Assembly (NCBI GenBank): GCA_963675755.2
Contig: CAXXMD010000002.1
Span: 1,568,001-1,632,000, forward strand
Direction of reading: 5' to 3'
DNA: 64,000 nucleotides
Source: a bacterium
GTDB taxonomy: Bacteria > Zhuqueibacterota > Zhuqueibacteria > Residuimicrobiales > Krinioviventaceae
The notes under the pieces were generated by a model, which had not been told where the DNA came from, searched no databases, and saw nothing but the letters and a program-made list of their open reading frames with translations. This document shows, piece after piece, positions 1-10,748 of the stretch. Every line of letters begins with the position of its first letter. The first letter of the stretch is position 1. The translations under genes were made by a program, and so were the position numbers.

Positions 1-3000
1 AATAAATTGTATTGTTCAGAATATAATCTGCATAACCAGCAAGAATTGCTGCGGTGTCCCAGGTATATTCAGAATCTTCCAGGCCTTCCATTGCAATGGT
101 CAACAAGGGGCTGAAAGAAGGATCAACAGAGACATACAGATTATAAGTTACAGCATCGCCGGGATCATCATCATATGCATCTTCCCAGTCAAATGTTACA
201 TCTGCAGTATTGTAAACTGCATCATCTTCAGGAGTCAGCAATGAGAAAGCCATGGGTGGGAATACAGGTACAAAAACCTGACCCAGGAACGGATCGTAAT
301 CAACACGATCAGAAACCGGAGAACCAGCACCAGGACCATCACCAGCAGGACCAGAAGCATGTCCCCACCAGTTGTTTTCAGCATTAATTTCAAGTACCTG
401 TGATTCATTCAATACACCAAACAAGGTACTACCAACAATGTTGTTATAGTTAACAACGGGTTGGCCTTCTAATCTGGCATATACACCACGTTTTGCGCCA
501 AGAAGATCATTGTACATAACCGTGGGAGAACCACCATAACAGAACACATTGCTCTCAAGGTTGTTCTGGAAAACATTTGCTTCAAGGAAAGCATGTTGAT
601 TAACCTGAACACCATTGGTTGCGTATTCAATGGTACAACGTCTCATTTTTGAAGAGTCATCAGCTGCATCTTCAAAAATGATTGCGCCCCATTCACCAGC
701 TTCAGGATCGAAATCGTTAGAAGAGGTAAAAGTTGCACCCATAGCTACCAACTTACCAGTAGGATCATCAACCTGAACTGCATTTGCACCAGTTCCGGCT
801 GCATTCAAAGCGCCATTCAATTGAGAACCTACAACCAGATCAGCTTCTTTATTAAAAGTAACTACAACACCTGGTTCAATGGTCAAAGTTGGCATATCTA
901 AGGCATTTTCAACAAATACATCGTCAAAGATATAATAGTTAACGCCCAGTTCGCTCCAAACAGCATCAGTAGAGATAAAACCTCTATAGATATAAATTGC
1001 GTTGAAACGGTTATCTGCATAAGTATTACCAGTCACAAATTGTGCCTGATCAGGATGTAATTGAATTACATATTTATTATTATTGGTAAAATCATTACCA
1101 GATACCATTATTTCTGCATTTACATTTTTAACACTGATAACATCAGAATTGATGTTTGTCAATGTACTATTCATAACATCAAGCTCGCCAACTGCGCTAG
1201 CTTCATAGAAAACGCCGGTGAACATGGTGTCAAAAGTACTACCATCAACATACACATCTGACATGCCTTCAGCATAAATACCACTCTGAAGAATGTTGCT
1301 AAAAGTAGTACCAGTTACTGAAACATCATTATTGTGTACTAACAAACCATCAGTAGCATATTCAATGGTACAACCATCGAGTGCACAGTCATCTGATGCA
1401 TTATCGAAAAAGTAAATACCTTCCCAATCGTCAGCAGTTTGACCTGAAAGTTTATATGAGGTAAATTTGGTATCAGTTGCGGTCAATTTTCCGGAATTGG
1501 CTGCTGTTTCAGAACCAACCCACAATTGAACGCCATCAAAAAAGCTCAAAGTGGCATCAGGACCGATTGCCAAAGCAGCTTCCGCACCATTACCGGCAAC
1601 AGTAATATCGCCAGCAATAAGATATTCAAGTTCAGATTCAGGCCATGAAGAGTTGACACTCATGGTACCAGGTCTTACACGAATTCTGTTATATTCAGGA
1701 GCATTATCAGAAGCGGAAGAACCTGACATTGAACCAACCTGATTCGGATACAGACTTGCTGCATAATCAACAAGGTTGGTAAAAGTATTATCAGTAATAA
1801 CCGGAGAAGCTACAGCACTTTCAACATTGATAGCAATATCGCCAAGGTTATCAAAAGTGTTGCCGGAAATTACAGGAGCAGCAGTACATTTAAAATCTAC
1901 CAAAATACCTACAGGGGTATTTGAAAAAGTATTGCCACTAAAAGTAGGAGCTGAATTTTTAGCAACAAAAGCTCCATTGTCTTTAATATTATTTAAAGTA
2001 TTACCTGTCAATGTTGGTGAAGAACCATTTACAGTTATACCTGTTTCAGCATATTCTACAGTACATCCTTCCATTGAAGAAGAAGCATCAGCGGTAGAAT
2101 CAAAGATTACAGAGTACCAGTCTCCTGCTGCTTTGCCGGTAACTTTGCGAGAAGTCAAAGTAGCACCGGTTGCCATCAATGTACCAGGATTTCCACCAAC
2201 AGGTTCACCAACCCAAATAGCAGAGCCAGTTGAAAAAGTCAGTGTAGCACCTTCAGTAATGGTCAATACTGGATTGTCTGCACCGCGTACATACAAGTCA
2301 TTAGAAATATAATATGGAATTTCTGTTTCAGTCCAGCTACCAGTTTCAGAAAGATCACCGGCTTTAACACGGAGCATATTAAATTCTGCTTCGTTATCTG
2401 CACCAGTACTTCCTGACAAATTGGTAACCTGATTGGGATACAAATCAACAAGAAATTTTTTATTATTATTAAATTCATTATCACTAATTACCGGCATTGA
2501 ATTAGCACTTTCAATCTTGACGGTAATATCAGTACAGTTTGCAATTGTATTGCCAGAAATAGTAGGACTACCGGTAGCAAATTGATCAACCCAAACAGCA
2601 ACAGGAACAGTATCAATCGTGTTACCAGAAATGGTGGGAGACGCGCTTCCGGTTACCAGTACTGCAATATCCATAATATTGGAAACTGTATTGTTACTGA
2701 ATGTTGGACTAGCATCAACTGTGAACAATGCATTTTCACAATTTTCAATTGTACAATTATCAACAACAGAAGAAGGATCTGATGATACATCAAAATGCAG
2801 TGCATACCACCAACCTACAGGTATCAACGCATCAGTAGTATTATCACCTGTTTTCTGTACAGTTGGGCCACCTTCTTCATACCCTACTTCATTAAACGAA
2901 GTAAAAGTAGCGCCAGAAGCCAACAACTTTGCAGGTTCGTTTACATTAGCGGTACCAACATATAAACCTTTATGTTCTTCAAATAACAACTGAACACCAT

Positions 3001-3907
3001 CTTCAATGGTCAATGTTACCAATGTACCCGCATTACCTTTAATAAAAATATTACTTGAAATCAAAAATGGGATCTGAGCTTCACTCCAGGTTGCATCTTG
3101 TAAAACATCGCCACCGGCAACATAGATCATGCTGCGGGTAGGATCAGCACTGGAGCCTGTGTTACCCCAAATTCCACCCATTGTTGTCGGATATACAAAC
3201 ATAACATAATGAGTAGCAGTTGTGATATTGTTATTATAGATTTGAGGGGTAGCAACTTTACTTTCAGCATAGATACCAAACTCTTTACTGCTTTCAACAG
3301 TATTGTTTGAAAAATCAACAGAGCCGGTACTTTTATCAACTAAAAACAAGGCTGATTTAACTTCTTGAAAAGTATTTCCCTGAATAACAGCATTAGATAC
3401 ACCTACAACATTTACACCAAAATTGGTAAAATCGCTGATTGTAGAATTTTGTACCGTGGGGCTAGCATCAGTAAGGAAAATACCAGTAACACCTGTTTGA
3501 ATAACACAGTTGTCTAAAATTGATGAATCATCTGACCAGGCTTCAAAATAAATTGAACGCCAGCGATATTCTGCTTTTGTATCATCCCAATATGCTTCAA
3601 ATGTAATGGGATTTTCAGCAGTACCTTGTGCAACAATTTTACCATCTGTTACACCTGCGTTATATGAACCAATATAAAGTGCAGTGTTGGGGAAAAATTT
3701 AACCTCAACACCCGGTTCAATGGTTAATGTAGCCAGACTGTTTCCGCCCGAAATTGTCACATTGCTTTTGACAACGTAGGGGCTGCCGGCAAGATCCCAA
3801 ACGGTATCTGTACTAATCGTACCGCTGACATCAGTAGCAAGAACTGCCGTTGTGCAACATAGTGCCATGATGGCAATAAATCCTGCCAGTCGTAAAAAAG
3901 ATCTCAT
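1..3907 (-). CDS. Large secreted right-handed beta-helix repeat protein with FN3-like domain (partial, runs off left edge; >1300 aa)
   Basis: Both ends translated by hand. ATG at 3907 follows GGAGG RBS; signal peptide MRSFLRLAGFIAIMALCCTTAVLA; then TDVSGTISTDTVWDLAGSPY...LTIEPGVEVKF. About five modules start with LTIEPGV/LTIEDGV/LTITEGA/LAIGPDA. The same frame at positions 2-260 reads PPMAFSLLTPEDDAVYNTADVTFDWEDA (FN3-like). Probably missing from the ORF track because there is no stop codon in the window. Confidence 0.85.
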   Translation of the reverse strand, partial: MRSFLRLAGFIAIMALCCTTAVLATDVSGTISTDTVWDLAGSPYVVKSNVTISGGNSLATLTIEPGVEVKFFPNTALYIGSYNAGVTDGKIVAQGTAENPITFEAYWDDTKAEYRWRSIYFEAWSDDSSILDNCVIQTGVTGIFLTDASPTVQNSTISDFTNFGVNVVGVSNAVIQGNTFQEVKSALFLVDKSTGSVDFSNNTVESSKEFGIYAESKVATPQIYNNNITTATHYVMFVYPTTMGGIWGNTGSSADPTRSMIYVAGGDVLQDATWSEAQIPFLISSNIFIKGNAGTLVTLTIEDGVQLLFEEHKGLYVGTANVNEPAKLLASGATFTSFNEVGYEEGGPTVQKTGDNTTDALIPVGWWYALHFDVSSDPSSVVDNCTIENCENALFTVDASPTFSNNTVSNIMDIAVLVTGSASPTISGNTIDTVPVAVWVDQFATGSPTISGNTIANCTDITVKIESANSMPVISDNEFNNNKKFLVDLYPNQVTNLSGSTGADNEAEFNMLRVKAGDLSETGSWTETEIPYYISNDLYVRGADNPVLTITEGATLTFSTGSAIWVGEPVGGNPGTLMATGATLTSRKVTGKAAGDWYSVIFDSTADASSSMEGCTVEYAETGITVNGSSPTLTGNTLNNIKDNGAFVAKNSAPTFSGNTFSNTPVGILVDFKCTAAPVISGNTFDNLGDIAINVESAVASPVITDNTFTNLVDYAASLYPNQVGSMSGSSASDNAPEYNRIRVRPGTMSVNSSWPESELEYLIAGDITVAGNGAEAALAIGPDATLSFFDGVQLWVGSETAANSGKLTATDTKFTSYKLSGQTADDWEGIYFFDNASDDCALDGCTIEYATDGLLVHNNDVSVTGTTFSNILQSGIYAEGMSDVYVDGSTFDTMFTGVFYEASAVGELDVMNSTLTNINSDVISVKNVNAEIMVSGNDFTNNNKYVIQLHPDQAQFVTGNTYADNRFNAIYIYRGFISTDAVWSELGVNYYIFDDVFVENALDMPTLTIEPGVVVTFNKEADLVVGSQLNGALNAAGTGANAVQVDDPTGKLVAMGATFTSSNDFDPEAGEWGAIIFEDAADDSSKMRRCTIEYATNGVQVNQHAFLEANVFQNNLESNVFCYGGSPTVMYNDLLGAKRGVYARLEGQPVVNYNNIVGSTLFGVLNESQVLEINAENNWWGHASGPAGDGPGAGSPVSDRVDYDPFLGQVFVPVFPPMAFSLLTPEDDAVYNTADVTFDWEDAYDDDPGDAVTYNLYVSVDPSFSPLLTIAMEGLEDSEYTWDTAAILAGYADYILNNTIY

Positions 3908-4149
3908 TCTCGATCCCTCCAATTTAATTAAAGGTTTATAAGTGTTTTCATGTTTTGAGTGCCTGCCCGTAAAGGGCATTTGGGAATAAGGTCCTATTAT
4001 TCTTTATTATAACCCATTTTTATATTTTTATATTCCATACTAAAAATACCAAACTCATATCACTAAAAAATGGTAAAACTAAAAGAAAAACATGGTAATG
4101 TAGAAACTTTGGCAGGTATATAATCGCAATATACGCATATATTAGTAAT

Positions 4150-4165
4150 TGCAATTTCTATACCA
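4150..4165 (-). promoter_or_regulatory. Sigma-54 (-24/-12) promoter of the beta-helix protein gene
   Basis: Minus strand TGGTATAGAAATTGCA fits TGGYAYR-N4-TTGCW, about 240 nt upstream of the ATG. Confidence 0.6.
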
Positions 4166-4676
4166 AAGAATTAGATAAATTAGAAACCCCTCACAACCCG
4201 GTAAACCCAATAAAAACAACAATACTAAATTTATATTCTATCTTCCAGGCGTTAACATAGGAAAAATTTGCATGGTTAACACCTTTTTTCGTTACATATA
4301 TGTCACAATAAATATAACATATTAGATACTAGTATTGCAAATTTCTTTCTCGGCAAGTATTTGACGACGAATACATCCAATTTTTCAACTATCAAATACA
4401 AGTAACTAATTATTAGAAATTACTAAAATTAAACTTTATAAACAATCATTATTTATTACAAATTCTTAAGAAATAATCACAAATACGTTTATATTTACGA
4501 TCAAAAATTATTAGTTTTTTTATTGACTATAATGTGAACATTCTTAATTTATTATACAATTTGTTATTTCTGTTTTTCTTGTATACATTATTAAGTACCA
4601 TACTAAAAATGCAATCTGTCTTGACCCGGCATTTAATTTGCTTAATAAAGCAATTATCAATTGAAAGGAAAATGCC

Positions 4677-5480
4677 ATGGAATCCAGCGCTTTCAATCCA
4701 AAAGAAAAGCTCAAGAAAAATTTTTACGAAAATGAACTGCTGAACCTTCAGATAGAATTGGTGAAACTCCAGGAATGGATAAAGCAGAAAAAACTCAAAG
4801 TTGTAGTTATTTTCGAAGGTCGTGATGCAGCCGGTAAAGGAGGAGTAATCAAGCGCATTACTCAATCTTTAAATCCCAGGATCTGTCGAGTAGTTGCACT
4901 GGGTGTTCCTACAGAAAAAGAAAAATCACAATGGTATTTTCAGCGTTATGTTCCACATCTTCCTGCTGCAGGTGAAATGGTATTATTTGATCGTAGTTGG
5001 TACAACCGGGCCGGAGTTGAACATGTGATGGGCTATTGTACTGAAGAAGAGTATCGAGAGTTTCTGCGCACTTGCCCCGAGTTTGAGCGTATGCTGGTAA
5101 GATCAGGAATTACATTGATTAAATATTGGTTTTCTGTAAGTGATGAGGTACAGGAAAAACGTTTTCAATCAAGAAATGAAGATCCCACCAAACGCTGGAA
5201 GCTCAGTCCCATGGATCTAAAATCCAGAGACATGTGGTTGGAATATTCCAAAGCCAAAGACCAGATGTTTGATTATACTGACATTAAACAGGCACCCTGG
5301 TGGGTAGTAAACGCGGACGATAAAAAACGCGCGCGTTTAAACTGTATTAGCCACCTGCTGAGCCTGATAGATTATCAAGATCTTACACCAGGGCCCATTG
5401 ACCTAAAGGCCCGTAAAAAAGATACCGGTTATATTCGTCCACCTATCACAGATCAGACTTTTATACCGGATAAATATTAA
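4677..5480 (+). CDS. ppk2: Polyphosphate kinase 2
   Basis: Motifs FEGRDAAGKGG, LFDRSWYNRAGVE, WKLSPMD and DDKKRARLN. Confidence 0.95.
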   Translation: MESSAFNPKEKLKKNFYENELLNLQIELVKLQEWIKQKKLKVVVIFEGRDAAGKGGVIKRITQSLNPRICRVVALGVPTEKEKSQWYFQRYVPHLPAAGEMVLFDRSWYNRAGVEHVMGYCTEEEYREFLRTCPEFERMLVRSGITLIKYWFSVSDEVQEKRFQSRNEDPTKRWKLSPMDLKSRDMWLEYSKAKDQMFDYTDIKQAPWWVVNADDKKRARLNCISHLLSLIDYQDLTPGPIDLKARKKDTGYIRPPITDQTFIPDKY

Positions 5481-5503
5481 GCGATTAGAACAGCGGTAAA
5501 ATT

Positions 5504-7465
5504 ATGCACGAGATCCCCTATCTTAAAGATGTGGTCATATTGTTCGGAACTGCCCTGGTTATGCTGGCAATCTGTAACCGGTTCCGCATTCCATCTATTA
5601 TTGGCTTTTTGTTTACCGGTTTGTTAACAGGTCCCTCTACACTTGGCTGGATCAAAGATTCACATCATATTGAAATTTTTGCCGAGTTGGGTGTTGTCTT
5701 TCTGCTGTTCATTATCGGGTTAGAGCTTCATTTTGAACGCCTCAAAAAACTGATAAAACCCATGCTGGTTGGAGGCAGTCTTCAGGCAGCACTGACACTG
5801 CTTGCAATAACTGTAGCTGCATTTGGATTAGGTTTGGGGGCTAAAACCGGTTTCTTTTGGGGAATGGTTATCACGCTCAGCAGCACAGCCATTGTACTGA
5901 CATTATATCAGGAACGGAATGAGATTGAAACACCTCATGGCCAAACCGCTTTGGGGATTTTACTTTTTCAGGATTTTTTAATTGTACCCTTTATTCTCAT
6001 CGTACCCATTTTGGGCGGCTCCATGGATGGAACCGGACTTCAAATTGCATTCCGGTTTGGCGGAGGTTTGCTGCTTATTGGAGCAATGCTTTTACTGGGA
6101 CGCTTTGTACTTCCCCATCTATTACACCTGATCGTGCTCACACGTGTACGGGAACTCTTGGTGTTGGGCGCATTGTTCATTTGCCTGGGTGCAGCTTTGG
6201 CAACCGAAGCCGCAGGATTTTCACTTGCACTCGGAGCTTTTCTTGCAGGTATCCTGATCTCGGAAAGCGATTATCACTACCAAATCGAAAGCGAGATTAC
6301 CCCCTTCCGGGACGTCTTCAACAGTGTCTTTTTCATTTCCATTGGTATGCTGATCAATATAAAGTTTTTTATTTCTCACTGGCAAATCGTATTGCTTATA
6401 GCGGGCACGGCACTGGTATTAAAAACCATAATCCTGATAATTGTTACCTCACTCCTCTTTCTTCCCTGGCGGACAAAGTTCATTGCCTCTACAAGCCTTG
6501 CCCAGATTGGAGAATTTTCATTTATACTCATCAGCACCGGTTATTTTTACAAACTGATCCCTTATGATCATTATCAATATGCAATATCGGTCACTGTTTT
6601 GACCATGCTGCTCACACCTGTTTTAATTTCAACAGCACCTTTACTTTTCAGATCTTTGAAAAAATCCATAAAGTCCAAAGAGACCACCCTATCAGGCCAC
6701 ATAATCATTTCCGGATACGGATTAACCGGTCAGCATCTGGTTCGTGTTTTACAAAGCGCAAACATTCCTTACATTGTTACTGAAATAAATGGCCAAACGG
6801 TAAAGCAAAATAAAAAACTGGGCACAAATATCATTTATGGGGATTCCTCAAAGAGAACCATTTTGGAAAAATGTGGAATCCACTCAGCCAGCGTATTGGT
6901 TACTGCCATATCTGATCCCTATGCATTACGACAGACTATAAAACTGGCACGACAAATCAACCCGGATATTTTTATTATTGCACGCAGTAACCGCTTGAGT
7001 GAGATTCAGGAACTGGTTGGATTCGGAGCCAGCCATGTCATTGCGCAGGAATTTGAATCTTCAATAGAAATTGTAACCAATGTGCTGGAACGTCTGCATA
7101 TGCCGCAAAACATAATCCGTATGGAAGAAAAAATATTAAGACAAGATGGTTACCAAATGCTTCGTCAACCTGCTACAACCTCTTATGGAATCTCAGATAA
7201 AATCATGGATCTGCTGGCAGAAGGTGTTACAACAACCTTTATGGTATTGGAAACCCATTATGCCGTCAATAAAAAGATAAGCGATCTGGATTTACGTAAA
7301 CAAACCGGGGCGACAATACTCGCTGTTATGCGGGGCGACAAGCCAAATAAAAATCCGGCCCCTGATTTAGAGTTATCAAGTGGAGATGTTTTGATATTGA
7401 CCGGAGCGCATGCAGAAATAGACAATGCCTTTGCATGGCTTGAAAAAGGTGGTAACCAGGAATAA
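5504..7465 (+). CDS. CPA2/Kef-type cation:proton antiporter with TrkA-N and TrkA-C domains
   Basis: Many TM helices with GLEL, LSSTAIV and LLFQD motifs; GYGLTG KTN domain; C-terminal RCK-C (DLRKQTGATILAV). Confidence 0.9.
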   Translation: MHEIPYLKDVVILFGTALVMLAICNRFRIPSIIGFLFTGLLTGPSTLGWIKDSHHIEIFAELGVVFLLFIIGLELHFERLKKLIKPMLVGGSLQAALTLLAITVAAFGLGLGAKTGFFWGMVITLSSTAIVLTLYQERNEIETPHGQTALGILLFQDFLIVPFILIVPILGGSMDGTGLQIAFRFGGGLLLIGAMLLLGRFVLPHLLHLIVLTRVRELLVLGALFICLGAALATEAAGFSLALGAFLAGILISESDYHYQIESEITPFRDVFNSVFFISIGMLINIKFFISHWQIVLLIAGTALVLKTIILIIVTSLLFLPWRTKFIASTSLAQIGEFSFILISTGYFYKLIPYDHYQYAISVTVLTMLLTPVLISTAPLLFRSLKKSIKSKETTLSGHIIISGYGLTGQHLVRVLQSANIPYIVTEINGQTVKQNKKLGTNIIYGDSSKRTILEKCGIHSASVLVTAISDPYALRQTIKLARQINPDIFIIARSNRLSEIQELVGFGASHVIAQEFESSIEIVTNVLERLHMPQNIIRMEEKILRQDGYQMLRQPATTSYGISDKIMDLLAEGVTTTFMVLETHYAVNKKISDLDLRKQTGATILAVMRGDKPNKNPAPDLELSSGDVLILTGAHAEIDNAFAWLEKGGNQE

Positions 7466-7505
7466 GACTAAATTTATAATCAAAAATTGTAAAACATTTT
7501 CAGGA

Positions 7506-7943
7506 TCACCCAATTTTGCCTTTGAGTTTATTCCACAATCCCTTTCCCAACATTCGATCAGCAGCATTTAATACCCGCTGAATCACTTCCAGGGCATCAT
7601 CATCACCAGGCCAATGCTCTTGAATGATCTCGGGATCGGTATAATTAACCAACCCATTCAACACATAAGCCGCTAATGCGATATCATCTGTAAAAGCAAC
7701 CGGACCGAAAATAGCTTCCGGCAACAGATCTATGGGAGAGATAAAATAAGCCAAAGCAGCCAATAATTTCACTTTTTCAGATTTGGGAACCCGTTCATCT
7801 TGAGAAAGCTTCCACATCAGGTAAAACAAATCGGGCGCCCATATCAGATATTTGCTCCACTCGTTGTTTTGACCGTCCTTACTGTCCAGCCAGGCTTGCA
7901 GCTTGTTGCGAAGTTTTTTATAAAAACCAGCTTCTTTATTCAA
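7506..7943 (-). CDS. YkvA/DUF1232 family protein
   Basis: Motif ALAYFISPIDLLPE...DDI. Confidence 0.85.
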   Translation of the reverse strand: MNKEAGFYKKLRNKLQAWLDSKDGQNNEWSKYLIWAPDLFYLMWKLSQDERVPKSEKVKLLAALAYFISPIDLLPEAIFGPVAFTDDIALAAYVLNGLVNYTDPEIIQEHWPGDDDALEVIQRVLNAADRMLGKGLWNKLKGKIG

Positions 7944-7984
7944 TCTTTATAAATTCCTGTTAACCATTTAATATTCTGTGACGC

Positions 7985-9487
7985 TTATTTGACCAGACTG
8001 GTATTGGTTTGAAAATCGTATAATGTTTTTCGTTTCAGATCTGCAATTGCTAATTTATAATCAACATATGCGGATAAATACGCCGACTTGGCACTTACCA
8101 GGCGGTCACGGTTGTCTGCCAACACCGTACTGGTTATATCACCGTTATTAAAACGTTCAAGGGTAATATCAAAATTCCTTTGAGCAACCGATTGACGTTT
8201 TTCAAGAACATTCAAACGATTCTCAGCTTCTTTGAGTTGACGGACAGCATCTCTCACTTCACGAACGATTGTTTTTTTCTGTTCCTGCAGATCCAGTTCT
8301 CTGCTCCGCATTACTGCTTTTGCCTGTTCAACTTCTGCCTGATTTACTCCCCAATCAAAAATAGGCACTGATAAAGTAAAACCCACACTCCGGTTATTGG
8401 GACGTCTGTCCATATCTTCCAGGCTTGAATTCCAAAGTGTACCGGGAGAAGAATCGTAATCCAGGTTGGCATCACTCACTCCCACAAGCTCATAAGAAGC
8501 CCACAAATTACCTTCGATGGTACTTTGTGCGTCGACTTCTTTGATTGTCAATTTTGCAAGTTCTATATCGATCTCATTTTCACGGATTTCGGACCGGTTT
8601 TCAAGTGCAAGCTCTACGGCTTTATCTAGATTTACATCAAATTCCTGAACGTCGATTTCTGTTTGCACTGTAATATTGTCGCTGAAATTCAAACCAATTT
8701 CCTGCAAAAACGTGTCCCGGGTACGCTCCATATCAGATTCTGCAATAACCAGCAGGTTTTCGCTTTCCGCAAGGTCAACTTCCATTTCAAGGGCTTCAGT
8801 TTCAGCAATGAGTCCCGCATTGAATTTTTTACTGGCAATATCATACAGCTCTTTTTGCTGCGCAACATTGTCCTGCGCGATCTGGAATTGTCGAACACCC
8901 TGATAATATTGAAAAAAAGCATAGGTTACACGGTAAATAATAAACAGTTCATTCTGATTACTTTGCCTTTGCGTACGTTCATAGTTTAAATCTGCCTGCT
9001 TTAAACCCAGTTTTAAACTGTTGACAGTAAACAAGGGTTGATCAAATTGCAGACTCAGTGAAGTATAAACATCCTTTCTCATAAGATCGGTTGAGGTTTC
9101 GGCAAGATAAGTTGATACATCACGATGATATGTGGACCCCCGTAAACGAATTACACCATCGGTTGGCAGCGGCTGGTTCAGATCCATTCGACCATAATAC
9201 ATAACACTTCCAGTCGTATTAAAAACAGGCAGAGAATTTTGGACCGGAATAGACGAAACCGATTCCTCCCAATTGGGGAGTTGAAATGACATATCCGCAT
9301 TGGTTTTAAAACGTCCTTTTGCGGCGATAAGACCTTGTTCCGCGCGCATCAAGTTAAGGCGTAGTACTTTCATGTCGTAACTTTTTTCAAGCGCAATATC
9401 AATAGCATCATCAAGTGTCAGCATATAATCAGCAGCAAGGACTGGCATAAAAAAACATAAAATTATTATGGGTAAAATACTTTTCAT
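7985..9487 (-). CDS. TolC-family outer-membrane efflux protein
   Basis: Signal peptide; LTLDDAIDIAL, LSVPIFDWG and ERFNNGDIT repeats. Confidence 0.9.
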   Translation of the reverse strand: MKSILPIIILCFFMPVLAADYMLTLDDAIDIALEKSYDMKVLRLNLMRAEQGLIAAKGRFKTNADMSFQLPNWEESVSSIPVQNSLPVFNTTGSVMYYGRMDLNQPLPTDGVIRLRGSTYHRDVSTYLAETSTDLMRKDVYTSLSLQFDQPLFTVNSLKLGLKQADLNYERTQRQSNQNELFIIYRVTYAFFQYYQGVRQFQIAQDNVAQQKELYDIASKKFNAGLIAETEALEMEVDLAESENLLVIAESDMERTRDTFLQEIGLNFSDNITVQTEIDVQEFDVNLDKAVELALENRSEIRENEIDIELAKLTIKEVDAQSTIEGNLWASYELVGVSDANLDYDSSPGTLWNSSLEDMDRRPNNRSVGFTLSVPIFDWGVNQAEVEQAKAVMRSRELDLQEQKKTIVREVRDAVRQLKEAENRLNVLEKRQSVAQRNFDITLERFNNGDITSTVLADNRDRLVSAKSAYLSAYVDYKLAIADLKRKTLYDFQTNTSLVK

Positions 9488-9506
9488 TTTTCATTTGCTC
9501 CCGCGG

Positions 9507-10748
9507 TTATTCGTATCTCAGGGCTTCGATAGGATTGATCTCTGATGCACTCTTGGCGGGAAACGTACCGAAAATAACTCCAACCGCTCCTGACACACCA
9601 AAAGCCACAATTACAGAAATAGGTGTTATTGCTGTTCTAAATTCAGCAAAGCTGTTGATGACCAATGACATGACCACCCCCAGAATGATACCAACCAATC
9701 CGCCGGTAAAAGAGAGTCCTACGGCTTCGATCATAAACTGGTAAAGGATTTCTTTGCGTCGCGCGCCTAATGATCTTCGGATACCAATTTCACGAGTGCG
9801 TTCCAAAACCGTTGCCAGCATAATATTCATAATACCTATACCGCCAACCAGTAGAGAAATAGCCGCAATAGATCCCAAAACCATATTATAGATACGTGTT
9901 TCTTTTTCTTCCTGTTTTAACAACTCGTAAGGAATTACAATATCAAAATCATTATTTCCACGATGTCTGCGGTTAACAATTCGCCTCACAACGGCAGCAC
10001 TTTCCAACAGATTTTGAGAATCATCAATCTTGATGGTCAACTGATTAATCTCACTGGCCAATTGCTGCTCTTTATCAAATCTGCGTAAAAATGAAGACAG
10101 TGGTACATAAATATCCTGATTCAGGTTCCTTGAAGCAAGCTCCCCAACCGTTTCAGTAAATAAGGATTTGGTTCCCATAACTCCAACCACCTCGAACCAT
10201 TGATCGTCCAGTTTTACTTTTTTACCAATAGGGTCCTGCACCGGGAACAAGTTTTTTGCAACATCTGCGCCCAGCACGCAAACACGCAATTGTCGTTCAT
10301 GCTGGTCAGGAGTTAAAAAACGACCCTTGTCGGTTTCGTAATTAAGTATATTTGAAAAATTTGAAGAAACCCCAACAACGGTTGATTTGGTGGACTTGTC
10401 TTCATATTTAGCATCCATATCCATTTCAGACTGTGAAGCAACCATATCCACTGTGGGTACAATTTCCTGTATAGCCTGTGCATCACGAAGTGATAAACCA
10501 CGAGAAAATTTAGCACGGACTTCTTCCAGCTCTTCCTCATTCAGGTCTTTGTCCCGAACAATAATATTATTAACTCCAAGCATTTTGTATTTTGCAAGGG
10601 CTTCACGTTTGGCGCCTTCACCAATAGAAAGCATGGCAATAACGGCAGAAACACCAAAAATAATACCCAGCATAGTCAACAGTGAACGCAATCGATGGAC
10701 CTTGAGTCCTTCCAGTCCTATGAGAATTATGTCCCGCAATTCCATCAC
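9507..10748 (-). CDS. MacB/FtsX-family ABC transporter permease (no fused ATPase)
   Basis: RSLLTMLGIIFGV, GGIGIMNIMLATVLERTREIGIRRSLGA and PIEALRYE. Confidence 0.92.
   Translation of the reverse strand: MMELRDIILIGLEGLKVHRLRSLLTMLGIIFGVSAVIAMLSIGEGAKREALAKYKMLGVNNIIVRDKDLNEEELEEVRAKFSRGLSLRDAQAIQEIVPTVDMVASQSEMDMDAKYEDKSTKSTVVGVSSNFSNILNYETDKGRFLTPDQHERQLRVCVLGADVAKNLFPVQDPIGKKVKLDDQWFEVVGVMGTKSLFTETVGELASRNLNQDIYVPLSSFLRRFDKEQQLASEINQLTIKIDDSQNLLESAAVVRRIVNRRHRGNNDFDIVIPYELLKQEEKETRIYNMVLGSIAAISLLVGGIGIMNIMLATVLERTREIGIRRSLGARRKEILYQFMIEAVGLSFTGGLVGIILGVVMSLVINSFAEFRTAITPISVIVAFGVSGAVGVIFGTFPAKSASEINPIEALRYE

Noticed and set aside
175-3339. Short ORFs listed in the track over 175-3339
   Set aside because: They are antisense or out-of-frame shadows of the large minus-strand gene at 1-3907.
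3964-3978. Hairpin TGCCC-GTAAA-GGGCA as part of a c-di-GMP riboswitch
   Set aside because: It is only a 5-bp stem, and the remaining consensus elements were not found.
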